Source: an uncultured Spirochaetota bacterium (GTDB lineage: Bacteria > Spirochaetota > Spirochaetia > SZUA-6 > Fen-1364). From it: DNA of 64,000 nt. Position numbers and translations under genes: made by a program. The notes below the pieces were generated by a model. It saw only the letters and a program-made list of their open reading frames with translations. It made no database searches and was not told the DNA's origin. Of the stretch, positions 9,951-18,344 are shown in pieces (the stretch's first letter is position 1; every line of letters starts with the position of its first letter). Where the stretch lies: contig CAWJSK010000022.1 in assembly GCA_963845535.1 (NCBI GenBank), forward strand, positions 1-64,000, given 5' to 3'.

Positions 9951-10205
9951 TTAATAGCTGCTTGCTGCTTCCCCTGCCAGTTGGATTTCCTGAATGGCTT
10001 GTTCCATAAGCCTCTTTGCCTTGTCAGCGTGTCCCTGCATATCGTATTTGTTTGCCTTTTGAGCCTCTGTCACCTTGTCCATGGCCTGCTGGACGTATTG
10101 TCGGGCTGCTACGAGATTCGGGTGACCAACTGAGACACAGCCCAAAACCAAACCACCGACCACCACGCAACCGATTATCAGTTTAAGTAGCGATGAAGTT
10201 TTCAT
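9951..10205 (-). CDS. Small exported helical protein (lipoprotein-like), tandem paralogue A
   Basis: Signal ending VLGC. HPNLVAA...AQKANKYDMQGHADKAK. Confidence 0.8.
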   Translation of the reverse strand: MKTSSLLKLIIGCVVVGGLVLGCVSVGHPNLVAARQYVQQAMDKVTEAQKANKYDMQGHADKAKRLMEQAIQEIQLAGEAASSY

Positions 10206-10220
10206 GATTGCCAGCTATAG

Positions 10221-10499
10221 CTACTGGTTAGCATTCGCCGCCTGAGCGGCCAACCATATTTCATGGTACGCTTCGCCAAGAAGCTGTTTGGCTTTTTCAG
10301 CATGGCCTTTCATGTCGTACTTGTTTGCCTTTTGAGCCTCCGTGATCTTTCCAATCGCTTGCTGGATGAAGTCCTGGGCTGCTGCGAGATTTGGATGCCG
10401 TTCACCGCTGACCTGTTGCGCGAATACCATGCCACCAACAGACAGTAGCGCAATCGCCAAAATACCGATGATGAGATTCCTCAAAGCGCGTCGTTTCAT
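10221..10499 (-). CDS. Small exported helical protein, tandem paralogue B
   Basis: GGAGG RBS and signal peptide. HPNLAAA...AQKANKYDMKGHAEKAK. Confidence 0.8.
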   Translation of the reverse strand: MKRRALRNLIIGILAIALLSVGGMVFAQQVSGERHPNLAAAQDFIQQAIGKITEAQKANKYDMKGHAEKAKQLLGEAYHEIWLAAQAANANQ

Positions 10500-10751
10500 G
10501 TTTTCCTCCTGTACGAAGTCTAACGCAATAAATATACCTTGCCAACCGAGGCAGTCTTGCCTTTATCTGTCAGAAGGGAAAAGAGCGTTTGCGAAGATAG
10601 CTTTTAGGGATTGTGCCCGGTGAACGTATGGTAAACTTTTCTGCCATCCTTCTTTCCCCTGGTCCCGACTCTGCTCACTTTGCTCCGAAAGGATGACAAG
10701 GTTAGCCCTACCATGTATGCGCCTTGCTCTGCGGTTATCACTCGTTCTGAA

Positions 10752-11105
10752 TCAAGCTCCATCCTGATTGCTCGTTACAGTCTTTGTGCCATCGACGCTC
10801 ATAGAATGGAAAGGCATATCGTTCACAATCGCCTTGAGTTTGTCTATGATGAGCAAGTCCTCTTCTGTCGGTTCCCTGAGAAGGCCGAAGGCTTTCTTCG
10901 ATTCCATCAAGATCGCTCGTTTTGTCCAAGCAAAAGCGGTTTCGTCGGTAGGCGTGAACCAGACGAGGGCAACGTGGAATCCGTTCAAGCTTTCCTTGGC
11001 GCTCCTGACCTGAACCTGTGGGTCAGTAGACGAGATGATGGAGGCCACTTGGCAGTACTGTTTGGTCTCTTTGACGCGATACCAAGCGAGGGCTTGAAGA
11101 TTCAT
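10752..11105 (-). CDS. Hypothetical protein (att-adjacent family, full copy)
   Basis: MNLQALAWYRVKETKQYCQVAS, homologous to 13007-13201. Confidence 0.65.
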   Translation of the reverse strand: MNLQALAWYRVKETKQYCQVASIISSTDPQVQVRSAKESLNGFHVALVWFTPTDETAFAWTKRAILMESKKAFGLLREPTEEDLLIIDKLKAIVNDMPFHSMSVDGTKTVTSNQDGA

Positions 11106-11175
11106 ACCTTCAAATGCATAATGTACCCTCGCAGCAGATTGGCGTGTATCGTCAGTAGGGGGACGAGACTTCTTG

Positions 11176-11197
11176 TGTGACCAAAATTGTGACCAAA
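11176..11197 (+). repeat. Tandem TGTGACCAAA x2, candidate integrase arm-type sites
   Basis: Exact 10-mers at 11176 and 11188, about 120 bp from the att-like core. Confidence 0.55.
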
Positions 11198-11315
11198 TCA
11201 GATCGAAAACAAGCGAATACAGCGGTATCAGGGCGAAGGCACTTGGCGAGCTAACTCGTTTCACCGGGTATATTTACGAATCCAAGCGAAAACTGACGAA
11301 AATGCCAAGGCTTTA

Positions 11316-11335
11316 TTCAAGTCCCTGTGGGCCCA
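11316..11335 (+). other. tRNA 3'-end remnant (att-like core)
   Basis: TTCAAGTCCCTGTGGGCCCA matches a T-loop, 3' T-stem, 3' acceptor strand and discriminator. No 5' tRNA half is present. Confidence 0.7.
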
Positions 11336-11360
11336 ATTTTAGAGCCTTATGAGGTGATTG

Positions 11361-11723
11361 TCAGCGCCTTTTGAGAAGAGCCTTCAGGGACAATTGAACA
11401 GCCTTCTCAAGAATGGCCGACTCGTCGGGAGGCCAGCCAACGATGCAAGCATGACGCGGTGGCGGTTCGTCGGGATCCACGGCTAAGCCCGTAGCCTTCA
11501 CGCTCAGGACTGTAATGTCGGCTCTGGCGGCCATGGCCTCGGCTCTCAGACTGTCGCCTAAGGCCCATATTTCTTCTTCGGCAAGCTCATCCGTACGAAA
11601 GACCGATAACCTCTTATCCGATGGCGGCATGAAGGCATGGTGCTTCACTGTATTGGTAGAGGTTCTGAAGTGGCTTTTGCTAAAGAGATAACGAGCGAGA
11701 GTCTCCTCCTCCCGTACATCCAC
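11361..11723 (-). CDS. Hypothetical protein with an ADP-ribosyltransferase-like motif pattern (putative toxin)
   Basis: GTG start. ETLARYL...AFMP...LSVFR...RHACIVG. Confidence 0.6.
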   Translation of the reverse strand: MDVREEETLARYLFSKSHFRTSTNTVKHHAFMPPSDKRLSVFRTDELAEEEIWALGDSLRAEAMAARADITVLSVKATGLAVDPDEPPPRHACIVGWPPDESAILEKAVQLSLKALLKRR

Positions 11724-11737
11724 TTTCTGCTCTCTCT

Positions 11738-12253
11738 TTAGCGAACCACTTTTGCAATAAGCTCTATAATCCGGGACGGAAGCAAGTCCACAAAGTCCGT
11801 TGCCCCGTGGGTCGTGTCCCTGCCATAGACCGCCGCATAGTGGAGCCGTGACCTTCCATCGATCATGACTGCAATCAAAGAGCTGTCCTTTCTCCATTCA
11901 AAACCGATCTCTCCTCCGGGCTCGGCGGCGACATCAGGCATTGGTATTGTCGTGGGCAAGGACTTCAGGAGAGCCGCAGCGCTCTCAAAAGTCTCTCTCA
12001 TGACGGGCCTTGCGTCATATCCGTCCCAGTTTGCTGTCGAGCATTCCCTATAGGTGTCCCATAATAACAACAGCATGTCCGTAAGCGACTGTCCCAAGGT
12101 TATTGCCATTGAATCTGGTCCTTTCCAGGAGGACATCGCTTTATGCACCCTCTCATCAATCGCACGTGAAGACACGGCATCCACCCCTTGTCCGCTTGGC
12201 GAACGGGAAAAGGTTGCGCCTCGTCGATCAGGGCAAGCCAGTCCGCTGCTCAT
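11738..12253 (-). CDS. Hypothetical protein (NWDGY motif), putative antitoxin
   Basis: Start overlaps the upstream stop. Low-complexity N-terminus followed by NWDGYDARP...GEIGFEW. Confidence 0.7.
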   Translation of the reverse strand: MSSGLACPDRRGATFSRSPSGQGVDAVSSRAIDERVHKAMSSWKGPDSMAITLGQSLTDMLLLLWDTYRECSTANWDGYDARPVMRETFESAAALLKSLPTTIPMPDVAAEPGGEIGFEWRKDSSLIAVMIDGRSRLHYAAVYGRDTTHGATDFVDLLPSRIIELIAKVVR

Positions 12254-12999
12254 ACAAAAAGCTCCTTCATTCTATCGGTGATACTGGAGAAAAAGATAGC
12301 GTTCTTGAACACCCTCATTTTCTCGAAAGTGCTCCAAATCTCTTCCTCGTCGAAAGATTCTTTTTGTTTAGATACGTCTATGTCGAGGAATAAAGGCATT
12401 AGCTTCGGGTCAACAATCTGTTCAAACACCTGCGTGATTATCGCAGCCGCGTCAATCTTCGGCTCTGTAATCACAATCCGTGATAAGAAGCTGTCGACAC
12501 TCTGAGGAAGTTCCGTGGGCACGACAGGCGCAGCAGTAAGGTAGTCTCTAAAATCAGCGATTGGCAAGGGTATGTTTATCATGTTGATGTACCGTAGTCC
12601 TATTCGTTGGACTTCCGTTGACACGACCTCCTTGTAAAACTGCCAAAGTCTCTTGGCCTCGTCGCGGAAAGTTTCCCAGCTTTCATAAGGCTTTAGCCGG
12701 TTGAAAGTAAAGCCATTCTTCCTCGCTTGAAACACCTGCTTCTCATCCGAAGAGGTAAACAAAAAGCCGTCGATAGCCTCCGTGGCTTCCGTTAACGGTG
12801 TCTGTCCAACGCGCATCTCAGTTTTGGCGGAAAACTGGTGTCTTTCTTTTTTCACAGGATAACTCTCAGATACGTAGCGGAACAAGGACGAAAGCCTCTC
12901 TAATTCAAAACTCTCAGGAACTCTCACCTTAATGTCCAGGAGGGCCTCTGTGATGGGCGCGTTCGCCAGATGTGCTTGTTTTGCCATCAATCCCCTCAA
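12250..12999 (-). CDS. TIGR04255-like protein
   Basis: LANAPITEALLDI...FTFNRLKPYESWETF...RIGLRYIN...LDID...KNAIFFSSIT. Confidence 0.8.
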   Translation of the reverse strand: MRGLMAKQAHLANAPITEALLDIKVRVPESFELERLSSLFRYVSESYPVKKERHQFSAKTEMRVGQTPLTEATEAIDGFLFTSSDEKQVFQARKNGFTFNRLKPYESWETFRDEAKRLWQFYKEVVSTEVQRIGLRYINMINIPLPIADFRDYLTAAPVVPTELPQSVDSFLSRIVITEPKIDAAAIITQVFEQIVDPKLMPLFLDIDVSKQKESFDEEEIWSTFEKMRVFKNAIFFSSITDRMKELFV

Positions 13000-13006
13000 T
13001 GATAAC

Positions 13007-13201
13007 TTACTGAAACGTGACTGATCTCACAATCGAACGGCCGTGGACAGCATCAAGCTTATCAATGCAGTGAGCATACCATCCCAGCGTACCAAATGCA
13101 AAGCTTTCGGCACGAGCAGCAAATTGACTTTCTTGAGAGGCCACTTGGCAAAACTGCCGCGTTTCTCTTACCCTATACCACTCAAAGCCATGAAGGGTCA
13201 T
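13007..13201 (-). pseudogene. Internally deleted paralogue of 10752-11105
   Basis: WYRVRETRQFCQVAS and IDKL are shared with the full copy, but the middle is missing. Confidence 0.6.
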
Positions 13202-13224
13202 AATCAGATTCTATCATCGATGGA

Positions 13225-14331
13225 TTGGATGGCGCCCACGTCAAGTCCCCGCGGGCCCAGTCTTTTCTCGAGGGTATGGTGACGGCTGCCGTTCAAAGTT
13301 TCCTTCGGTTCCCATTTTTCATCAGCGTCGTTTTCGCTGCGGTTGCATTGAGCGGTTGCGCTTCCCTGAAAGGCCCCGACATTCAGCAACCGCCAGCAAA
13401 AATGGTCTTCGACGAAGTCTGGGGTTACCTCATTCGAGGCCATGAAGATCAACTGACCGGCGGTGAACCGTTCACGGACATCTGCTATTTCAGCGCGGAG
13501 CTGAACGACGAAGGGCGCATACAAGAGACCATTGCGCGGCCGTCGCTTACGCTGGGAATCGGCGCGCAGCCCAGGATCTCCCTCGTTATCACCGAGCTTT
13601 CCAATTCCTCCCTCATGCACTTTTCCCTGAGCCCGCTGTATGGAGTACGCCCGCTTCTCGTCGACGACATTTGCCGAGTCTCTCAGGACTTCGACGGTGT
13701 GCAGATAGACTTCGAGGCCGTGTCGCGGGACGATGCCCAGAGCTTCTGGGATTTCCTGCAGGACTTGAGGTCCGCGCTGCCTCCCGGGAAAACGCTCAGC
13801 GTCGCTTTGCCCGCGCGGACAGGCCCGAAGACGGATGCCTATGTATACTCGAAGATCGCCCCGATCGTGGACCGTGTGATCATCATGGCATACGACGAAC
13901 ACTGGAGCACGAGCGCTCCGGGCCCGATCGCCTCGCTTCCCTGGTGTTCTGACGTGGTTGGATACGCGCAGAGCGTGATTGACAACGACAAGATCGTAAT
14001 GGGCTTGCCGTTGTACGGGAGGGCATGGCAGGACAAGAAGCTCTCCCGCGCGCTGGGCTTTCAGAATGTGCAGGACCTCATTGCGGGCAAGAGCGCCAGG
14101 ACGAGCTACCAATCAGAGGTCGGGCCTTCCTTCGAGTACTCGGAGAACGTGCAGGTCCACGTGTTCTATGATGACGTTCGATCTCTGCGGGAGAAGCTCG
14201 AGCTGTACAAATCGAAAGCCGTGAGATCGGTTGCCTTCTGGCGAATCGGCCTCAGTCCGGCCGAACTGTGGGGCAACATCGGCTCTCCTTTTTCGGAGCA
14301 GGGCCAGCAGAGCCCTCCGTCCTGGCAGTGA
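13225..14331 (+). CDS. Glycoside hydrolase family 18 lipoprotein (true start probably slightly downstream)
   Basis: FDGVQIDFE, IMAYDEHW, MGLPLYGR, LSGC lipobox. Confidence 0.85.
   Translation: MDGAHVKSPRAQSFLEGMVTAAVQSFLRFPFFISVVFAAVALSGCASLKGPDIQQPPAKMVFDEVWGYLIRGHEDQLTGGEPFTDICYFSAELNDEGRIQETIARPSLTLGIGAQPRISLVITELSNSSLMHFSLSPLYGVRPLLVDDICRVSQDFDGVQIDFEAVSRDDAQSFWDFLQDLRSALPPGKTLSVALPARTGPKTDAYVYSKIAPIVDRVIIMAYDEHWSTSAPGPIASLPWCSDVVGYAQSVIDNDKIVMGLPLYGRAWQDKKLSRALGFQNVQDLIAGKSARTSYQSEVGPSFEYSENVQVHVFYDDVRSLREKLELYKSKAVRSVAFWRIGLSPAELWGNIGSPFSEQGQQSPPSWQ
13241..13259 (+). other. Second, degenerate att-like core at the island edge
   Basis: TCAAGTCCCCGCGGGCCCA, 17/19 identical to 11317-11335, at the GC shift. 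Confidence 0.6.
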
Positions 14332-14337
14332 AAATGG

Positions 14338-15177
14338 CTATCGAACCAGAGCGGAAAAGAGCGCTCCCACACCGGCTGCAGCGGCTACGCTCAGAAAGTT
14401 GACGAGGTCGTTCGTGATGAAAGGAAGCCCGTGGACAAGAGTGTTCGGTCTCCCTTCCGAGAACCTGCGCTCAGTCTCCCTGGTGTCGGTGGTTGCATAC
14501 CGAGCTTGAACGGTGCATCCCAGAAGGCTGTCCAGGATGGAGCCGAAAACGCCTGCGACCGTGGCCAGGGCCGCCACGGTAGCGACACCGGGCAGGCCAC
14601 GCGCGGAAAAGGCGCTTGCCGCGGCAAACAGAAGAGCGATGAACAGCGCGCCGCACAAGGAGGCGGCAAGGCCGAGCAGCGTCACGCCGCCCGAAGTCCC
14701 GGAGGCAACCGATCGAAAAGTGACAAGGGAGATTGGTTCACGTCTGGAAAGAACTCCGATCTCGCTTGCCCAGGTGTCCGCGGTGGCCGAAGCGAAGGAT
14801 CCTGCAAACGCAAACGCGAACGCCGGCTCCCCCGTCAGGCGCAGGAGAAGGGCCATGAGCATTCCGACTCCGCCGTTCGCTATCACCTGCATGGCGTCCC
14901 GCCGCGCGCCTTTCTCATGGATTTCGGCAAATCGTTCTTTCTTCATGGCGTGAAACCTCGTGAAGGCCGTGGAGGAGAGAACGAATGCCGCAAAGATCAG
15001 CCAGAGGAGGGGACCGGCCGCGGCGAGGATGACGGTGCCGAGAACGGCGCCGACAACCGCACCGCCCGCGTCCACTGATTTCCGCCAGAACGATATGACG
15101 GCCCCCAGACAGTGCAGCGGGAAGCCGACGAGAACCAGAAGCAGGGGAGCCGCGTGAGTGAGGATGGCGTTGCTCAA
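14338..15177 (-). CDS. DUF92 (TMEM19-like) membrane protein
   Basis: RDAMQVIANGG, ADTWASEIG, GTSGGVT, DSLLG, NDLVNF. Confidence 0.9.
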   Translation of the reverse strand: MSNAILTHAAPLLLVLVGFPLHCLGAVISFWRKSVDAGGAVVGAVLGTVILAAAGPLLWLIFAAFVLSSTAFTRFHAMKKERFAEIHEKGARRDAMQVIANGGVGMLMALLLRLTGEPAFAFAFAGSFASATADTWASEIGVLSRREPISLVTFRSVASGTSGGVTLLGLAASLCGALFIALLFAAASAFSARGLPGVATVAALATVAGVFGSILDSLLGCTVQARYATTDTRETERRFSEGRPNTLVHGLPFITNDLVNFLSVAAAAGVGALFSALVR

Positions 15178-15872
15178 CCGAACCTCCCCGCGAACGCTCC
15201 CGAGAAGAACAGGGCAGTCCCGACCGGGATCGTGATGTTATCCAGGCCCCACGGAGTGAACAGCTCAAGGCAGGTGGCAACCGTCGCCGTGGAAAGGCAC
15301 GCGGTGACGGTCATGGGAAGGCTGGGCGCGGGATTACCGGAGACCAGGATCAGAAGAAGCGTCACCACGACTGACGCCAGGAACATGACCGCCGTGCCTT
15401 GGATCGTCTTCCTTCTTCCCCAGATTGTGACTCCCGCGTTTGCAGACCGGATGCCAATCAGGCCGGCAAGGCCGTCCCCCCATCCCATGATGAGAACGCC
15501 GACGCTTGCCGAGAGCACGGGGATCAGCCCGCGCCAGGAAAGGTTCACAAGGACGAGAAGCGCGACGCTGTAACATATGGTCCCCCGGTCACGCGAGCGC
15601 CCCGCGCCTTCCTCCGAAGGAAGCAGGCCGGCTTCCGGGACAAGTGAAGCCCCCAGAAGGCTCAACGCCGGCCCCGCTGAGGCCGCCCAGGGGTCATCGA
15701 ACATCGCAAGAGCGATGAGCCACCAGTGCGCAAGGGCTATATGGATGACCTTTCGCGCGGTCCGCGCATCGAGGGTCCCGGCGCGCGCCAGGGCGGTGGC
15801 CCCGACGATGACGGCAAACACAAACGCCACGGATGCGGCCAGGCCCGCCGCATTCATGAGGAGCGAGCGCAT
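15174..15872 (-). CDS. Phytol/dolichol kinase-like membrane protein
   Basis: RKVIHI, MGWGDGLAGLIG, KTIQG, GLDNITIP. Confidence 0.8.
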   Translation of the reverse strand: MRSLLMNAAGLAASVAFVFAVIVGATALARAGTLDARTARKVIHIALAHWWLIALAMFDDPWAASAGPALSLLGASLVPEAGLLPSEEGAGRSRDRGTICYSVALLVLVNLSWRGLIPVLSASVGVLIMGWGDGLAGLIGIRSANAGVTIWGRRKTIQGTAVMFLASVVVTLLLILVSGNPAPSLPMTVTACLSTATVATCLELFTPWGLDNITIPVGTALFFSGAFAGRFG

Positions 15873-15926
15873 GGCCGTGAGTATACCCGCCCGGCGCGAT
15901 TGTGCTATACTCAACTACTTCGCGCC

Positions 15927-17084
15927 ATGGCAGGTATTCGAGAATCGATCACGCACGCACGCCGCATTGTCATCAAGGTGGGAACCAGCGTGGCCACCGG
16001 GGGAGACAATGCGTTCTCCACCAGCGTGATGGGCTCCCTCGTGCGCCAGATTGCCTCCCTCTCCGGGGAGACGGGGGCCCCCGGCTCCCGCTCCTTCATC
16101 CTCGTAAGCTCGGGCGCCATTGCCCTCGGGCTGCGTCAGCTTCACCTCGACTCGCGCCCCCGGGCAATCACGCTGCTGCAGGCAGCCGCCGCCATGGGGC
16201 AGAGCAGGCTGATGCACGCCTATGAGCACGAGTTTGCCGCTGCGCGCCGCGAGACGGCGCAGCTCCTCCTCACCTATGAGGATATCAGGAACCGCTCGCG
16301 CTACCTGAACATCAGGAACACCATTTTCACGCTCTGGTCCTTCGGCGTGGTGCCAATTGTGAATGAGAACGACACGGTGTCCTTTGCCGAAATCCGCTTC
16401 GGAGACAACGACATCATTTCCGCGCACCTGGCGGCCATGCTCGACGCTGACCTCCTCATCCTCCTTACCGACACGGACGGAGTCTATGACAGCAACCCCC
16501 GTGAGCACCCCGAGGCGCGCGTCCTGCGTACCGTTGCGCGGGTGACGGACGCGGTGCTGGCCGGCGCCAGGGGCAAGGGCTCGGATTTCTCTTCCGGCGG
16601 CATGGAGTCGAAGATCAGGGCCGCGGACATCGCCACGCGCGGCGGCGCCGCCGTGGTCATTGCGCGCGGAGCCGGTATCGACCTGGAGAAGGTGTTCCGC
16701 GGGGACGAGATCGGGACCTTTTTTGTGCCTGCGCGGCGCACCATGAAGGGGCGCAAGAAGTGGATGGCGTTCAATCCGCAGACGGAAGGAGCCGTGGTCG
16801 TGGATGGCGGGGCGCGCAAGGCAATCCTGCGCCAGGGAAGGTCCCTTTTGCCGGCGGGGATCAAGAGCATCAAAGGCACGTTCGCCATGGGAAGCGTCAT
16901 TGCCATCCAGGACGAAGAAGGGCGCGAGCTCGCGCGAGGGCTGTGCAATTTTTCCAGCGAGGAGCTGGAAAAGATCCGGGGCTTGAATACCAGGAAGATT
17001 CCCGAGATCCTTGGGGCGGAGGTCGCTTTCGACGAGGTGGTTCACAGGGACAACCTCGTCATCGTGGCCCGCGAGGAGCAGTAG
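15927..17084 (+). CDS. proB: Glutamate 5-kinase
   Basis: IVIKVGTS, NENDTV, FGDND and a C-terminal PUA domain. Confidence 0.96.
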   Translation: MAGIRESITHARRIVIKVGTSVATGGDNAFSTSVMGSLVRQIASLSGETGAPGSRSFILVSSGAIALGLRQLHLDSRPRAITLLQAAAAMGQSRLMHAYEHEFAAARRETAQLLLTYEDIRNRSRYLNIRNTIFTLWSFGVVPIVNENDTVSFAEIRFGDNDIISAHLAAMLDADLLILLTDTDGVYDSNPREHPEARVLRTVARVTDAVLAGARGKGSDFSSGGMESKIRAADIATRGGAAVVIARGAGIDLEKVFRGDEIGTFFVPARRTMKGRKKWMAFNPQTEGAVVVDGGARKAILRQGRSLLPAGIKSIKGTFAMGSVIAIQDEEGRELARGLCNFSSEELEKIRGLNTRKIPEILGAEVAFDEVVHRDNLVIVAREEQ

Positions 17085-17085
17085 A

Positions 17086-18336
17086 GTGGCGGACCTGAAG
17101 GAATATGTGAGCGGCGTTGCCCGGGCCGCCAAGAAGGCCTCAGCGTCCCTGCGGGCGCTGAGCGCGGAGACGAAGAACCGGGCCATCCTTGCCATGGCAA
17201 AGGCAATCGACGAAGGGCGGAACGAAATCCGGGACGCCAACGCGCGCGACGTTCAGAAAGGAAAGGCGGGCGGGCTTTCCGCTTCTTTCCTTGACCGACT
17301 CACCCTTACCGACACGCGCATTGACGACATGATCGGTTCCCTCAAGGAGATAGCCGCCCTCGAGGATCCCGTGGGAGAGGTGATGGGCGTTCGCCGCCCC
17401 TCGGGCTTTGTCCTGGAAAAGGTCCGAACCCCCATCGGCGTGATCGCCATGATCTATGAGTCTCGGCCCAACGTGACGGTGGACTCCGCCGCGCTGTGCT
17501 TGAAGTCAGGCAACGCCGTCATCCTGCGCGGCGGCAGCGAAGCGGTTCAATCCAGCGCGGCGCTCGTTCGCGCCATCTCCCGCGGCCTGGCGGAAGCCGG
17601 TGTCGCCGCGGAGGCGGTGCAATACATCGACAGGACGGAGCACGAAGCCATCGATGAGCTGGTGACGCAGGCGGGTCTCGTGGACCTCGTCATTCCCCGC
17701 GGCGGTGAGTCACTCATCCGGCGCGTGGCCCAGAAGGCGACCATCCCGGTGCTCAAACATTACAAGGGGGTTTGCCATCTGTACGTAGATGAATCCGCGG
17801 ACCTCGCCATGGCCGCTGAAGTCGTAACGAACTCCAAGATGCAGAGGCCGGGCACCTGTAATGCCCTGGAGAAGCTGCTCGTCCACCAGGCCGTGGCGAA
17901 GAAGTTCCTTCCCATGGTGAAAGCGAAAATGCCCACCGTGGAGCTGCGCGGGGACGAGAAATCCCGCGCCATCCTGCCCTCCATGGCGGCGGCAACTGAG
18001 GAAGACTGGTATGCGGAGTACCTGGACCTGATCCTGACGGTCAAAGTGGTGGGCGGGGTGGAGGAGGCCGCGGCCCACATCGAGAAATACGGATCCAGCC
18101 ACACCGACGGGATCCTCTCGAAGGACGCGGCGGCCATTGAGACGTTCGTCGCCATGGTGGACTCCGCGGTGGTGACGGTCAACGCCTCCACGCGGCTGAA
18201 CGACGGCGGCGTCTTCGGACTGGGCGCCGAGATCGGCGTCAGCACGGACAAGCTTCACGCCCGGGGCCCCATGGGCCTCAAGGAGCTCACGACCTACAAG
18301 TGGATCCTTCGCGGCAATGGCGACCTGAGGAAATAG
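17086..18336 (+). CDS. proA: Gamma-glutamyl phosphate reductase
   Basis: IYESRPNVT, TCNALE, GAEIGVSTDKLHARGPMG. Confidence 0.96.
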   Translation: MADLKEYVSGVARAAKKASASLRALSAETKNRAILAMAKAIDEGRNEIRDANARDVQKGKAGGLSASFLDRLTLTDTRIDDMIGSLKEIAALEDPVGEVMGVRRPSGFVLEKVRTPIGVIAMIYESRPNVTVDSAALCLKSGNAVILRGGSEAVQSSAALVRAISRGLAEAGVAAEAVQYIDRTEHEAIDELVTQAGLVDLVIPRGGESLIRRVAQKATIPVLKHYKGVCHLYVDESADLAMAAEVVTNSKMQRPGTCNALEKLLVHQAVAKKFLPMVKAKMPTVELRGDEKSRAILPSMAAATEEDWYAEYLDLILTVKVVGGVEEAAAHIEKYGSSHTDGILSKDAAAIETFVAMVDSAVVTVNASTRLNDGGVFGLGAEIGVSTDKLHARGPMGLKELTTYKWILRGNGDLRK

Positions 18337-18344
18337 GGAGGCAG

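Noticed and set aside
3149..11105. Integron cassette array
   Set aside because: The recombinase shows no IntI-specific insertion, I found no repeated attC-like sites between genes, and several genes have their own promoters.
11260..11335. Intact tRNA gene
   Set aside because: Only the 3' 20 nt match. No 5' acceptor strand, D-arm or anticodon arm lies upstream.
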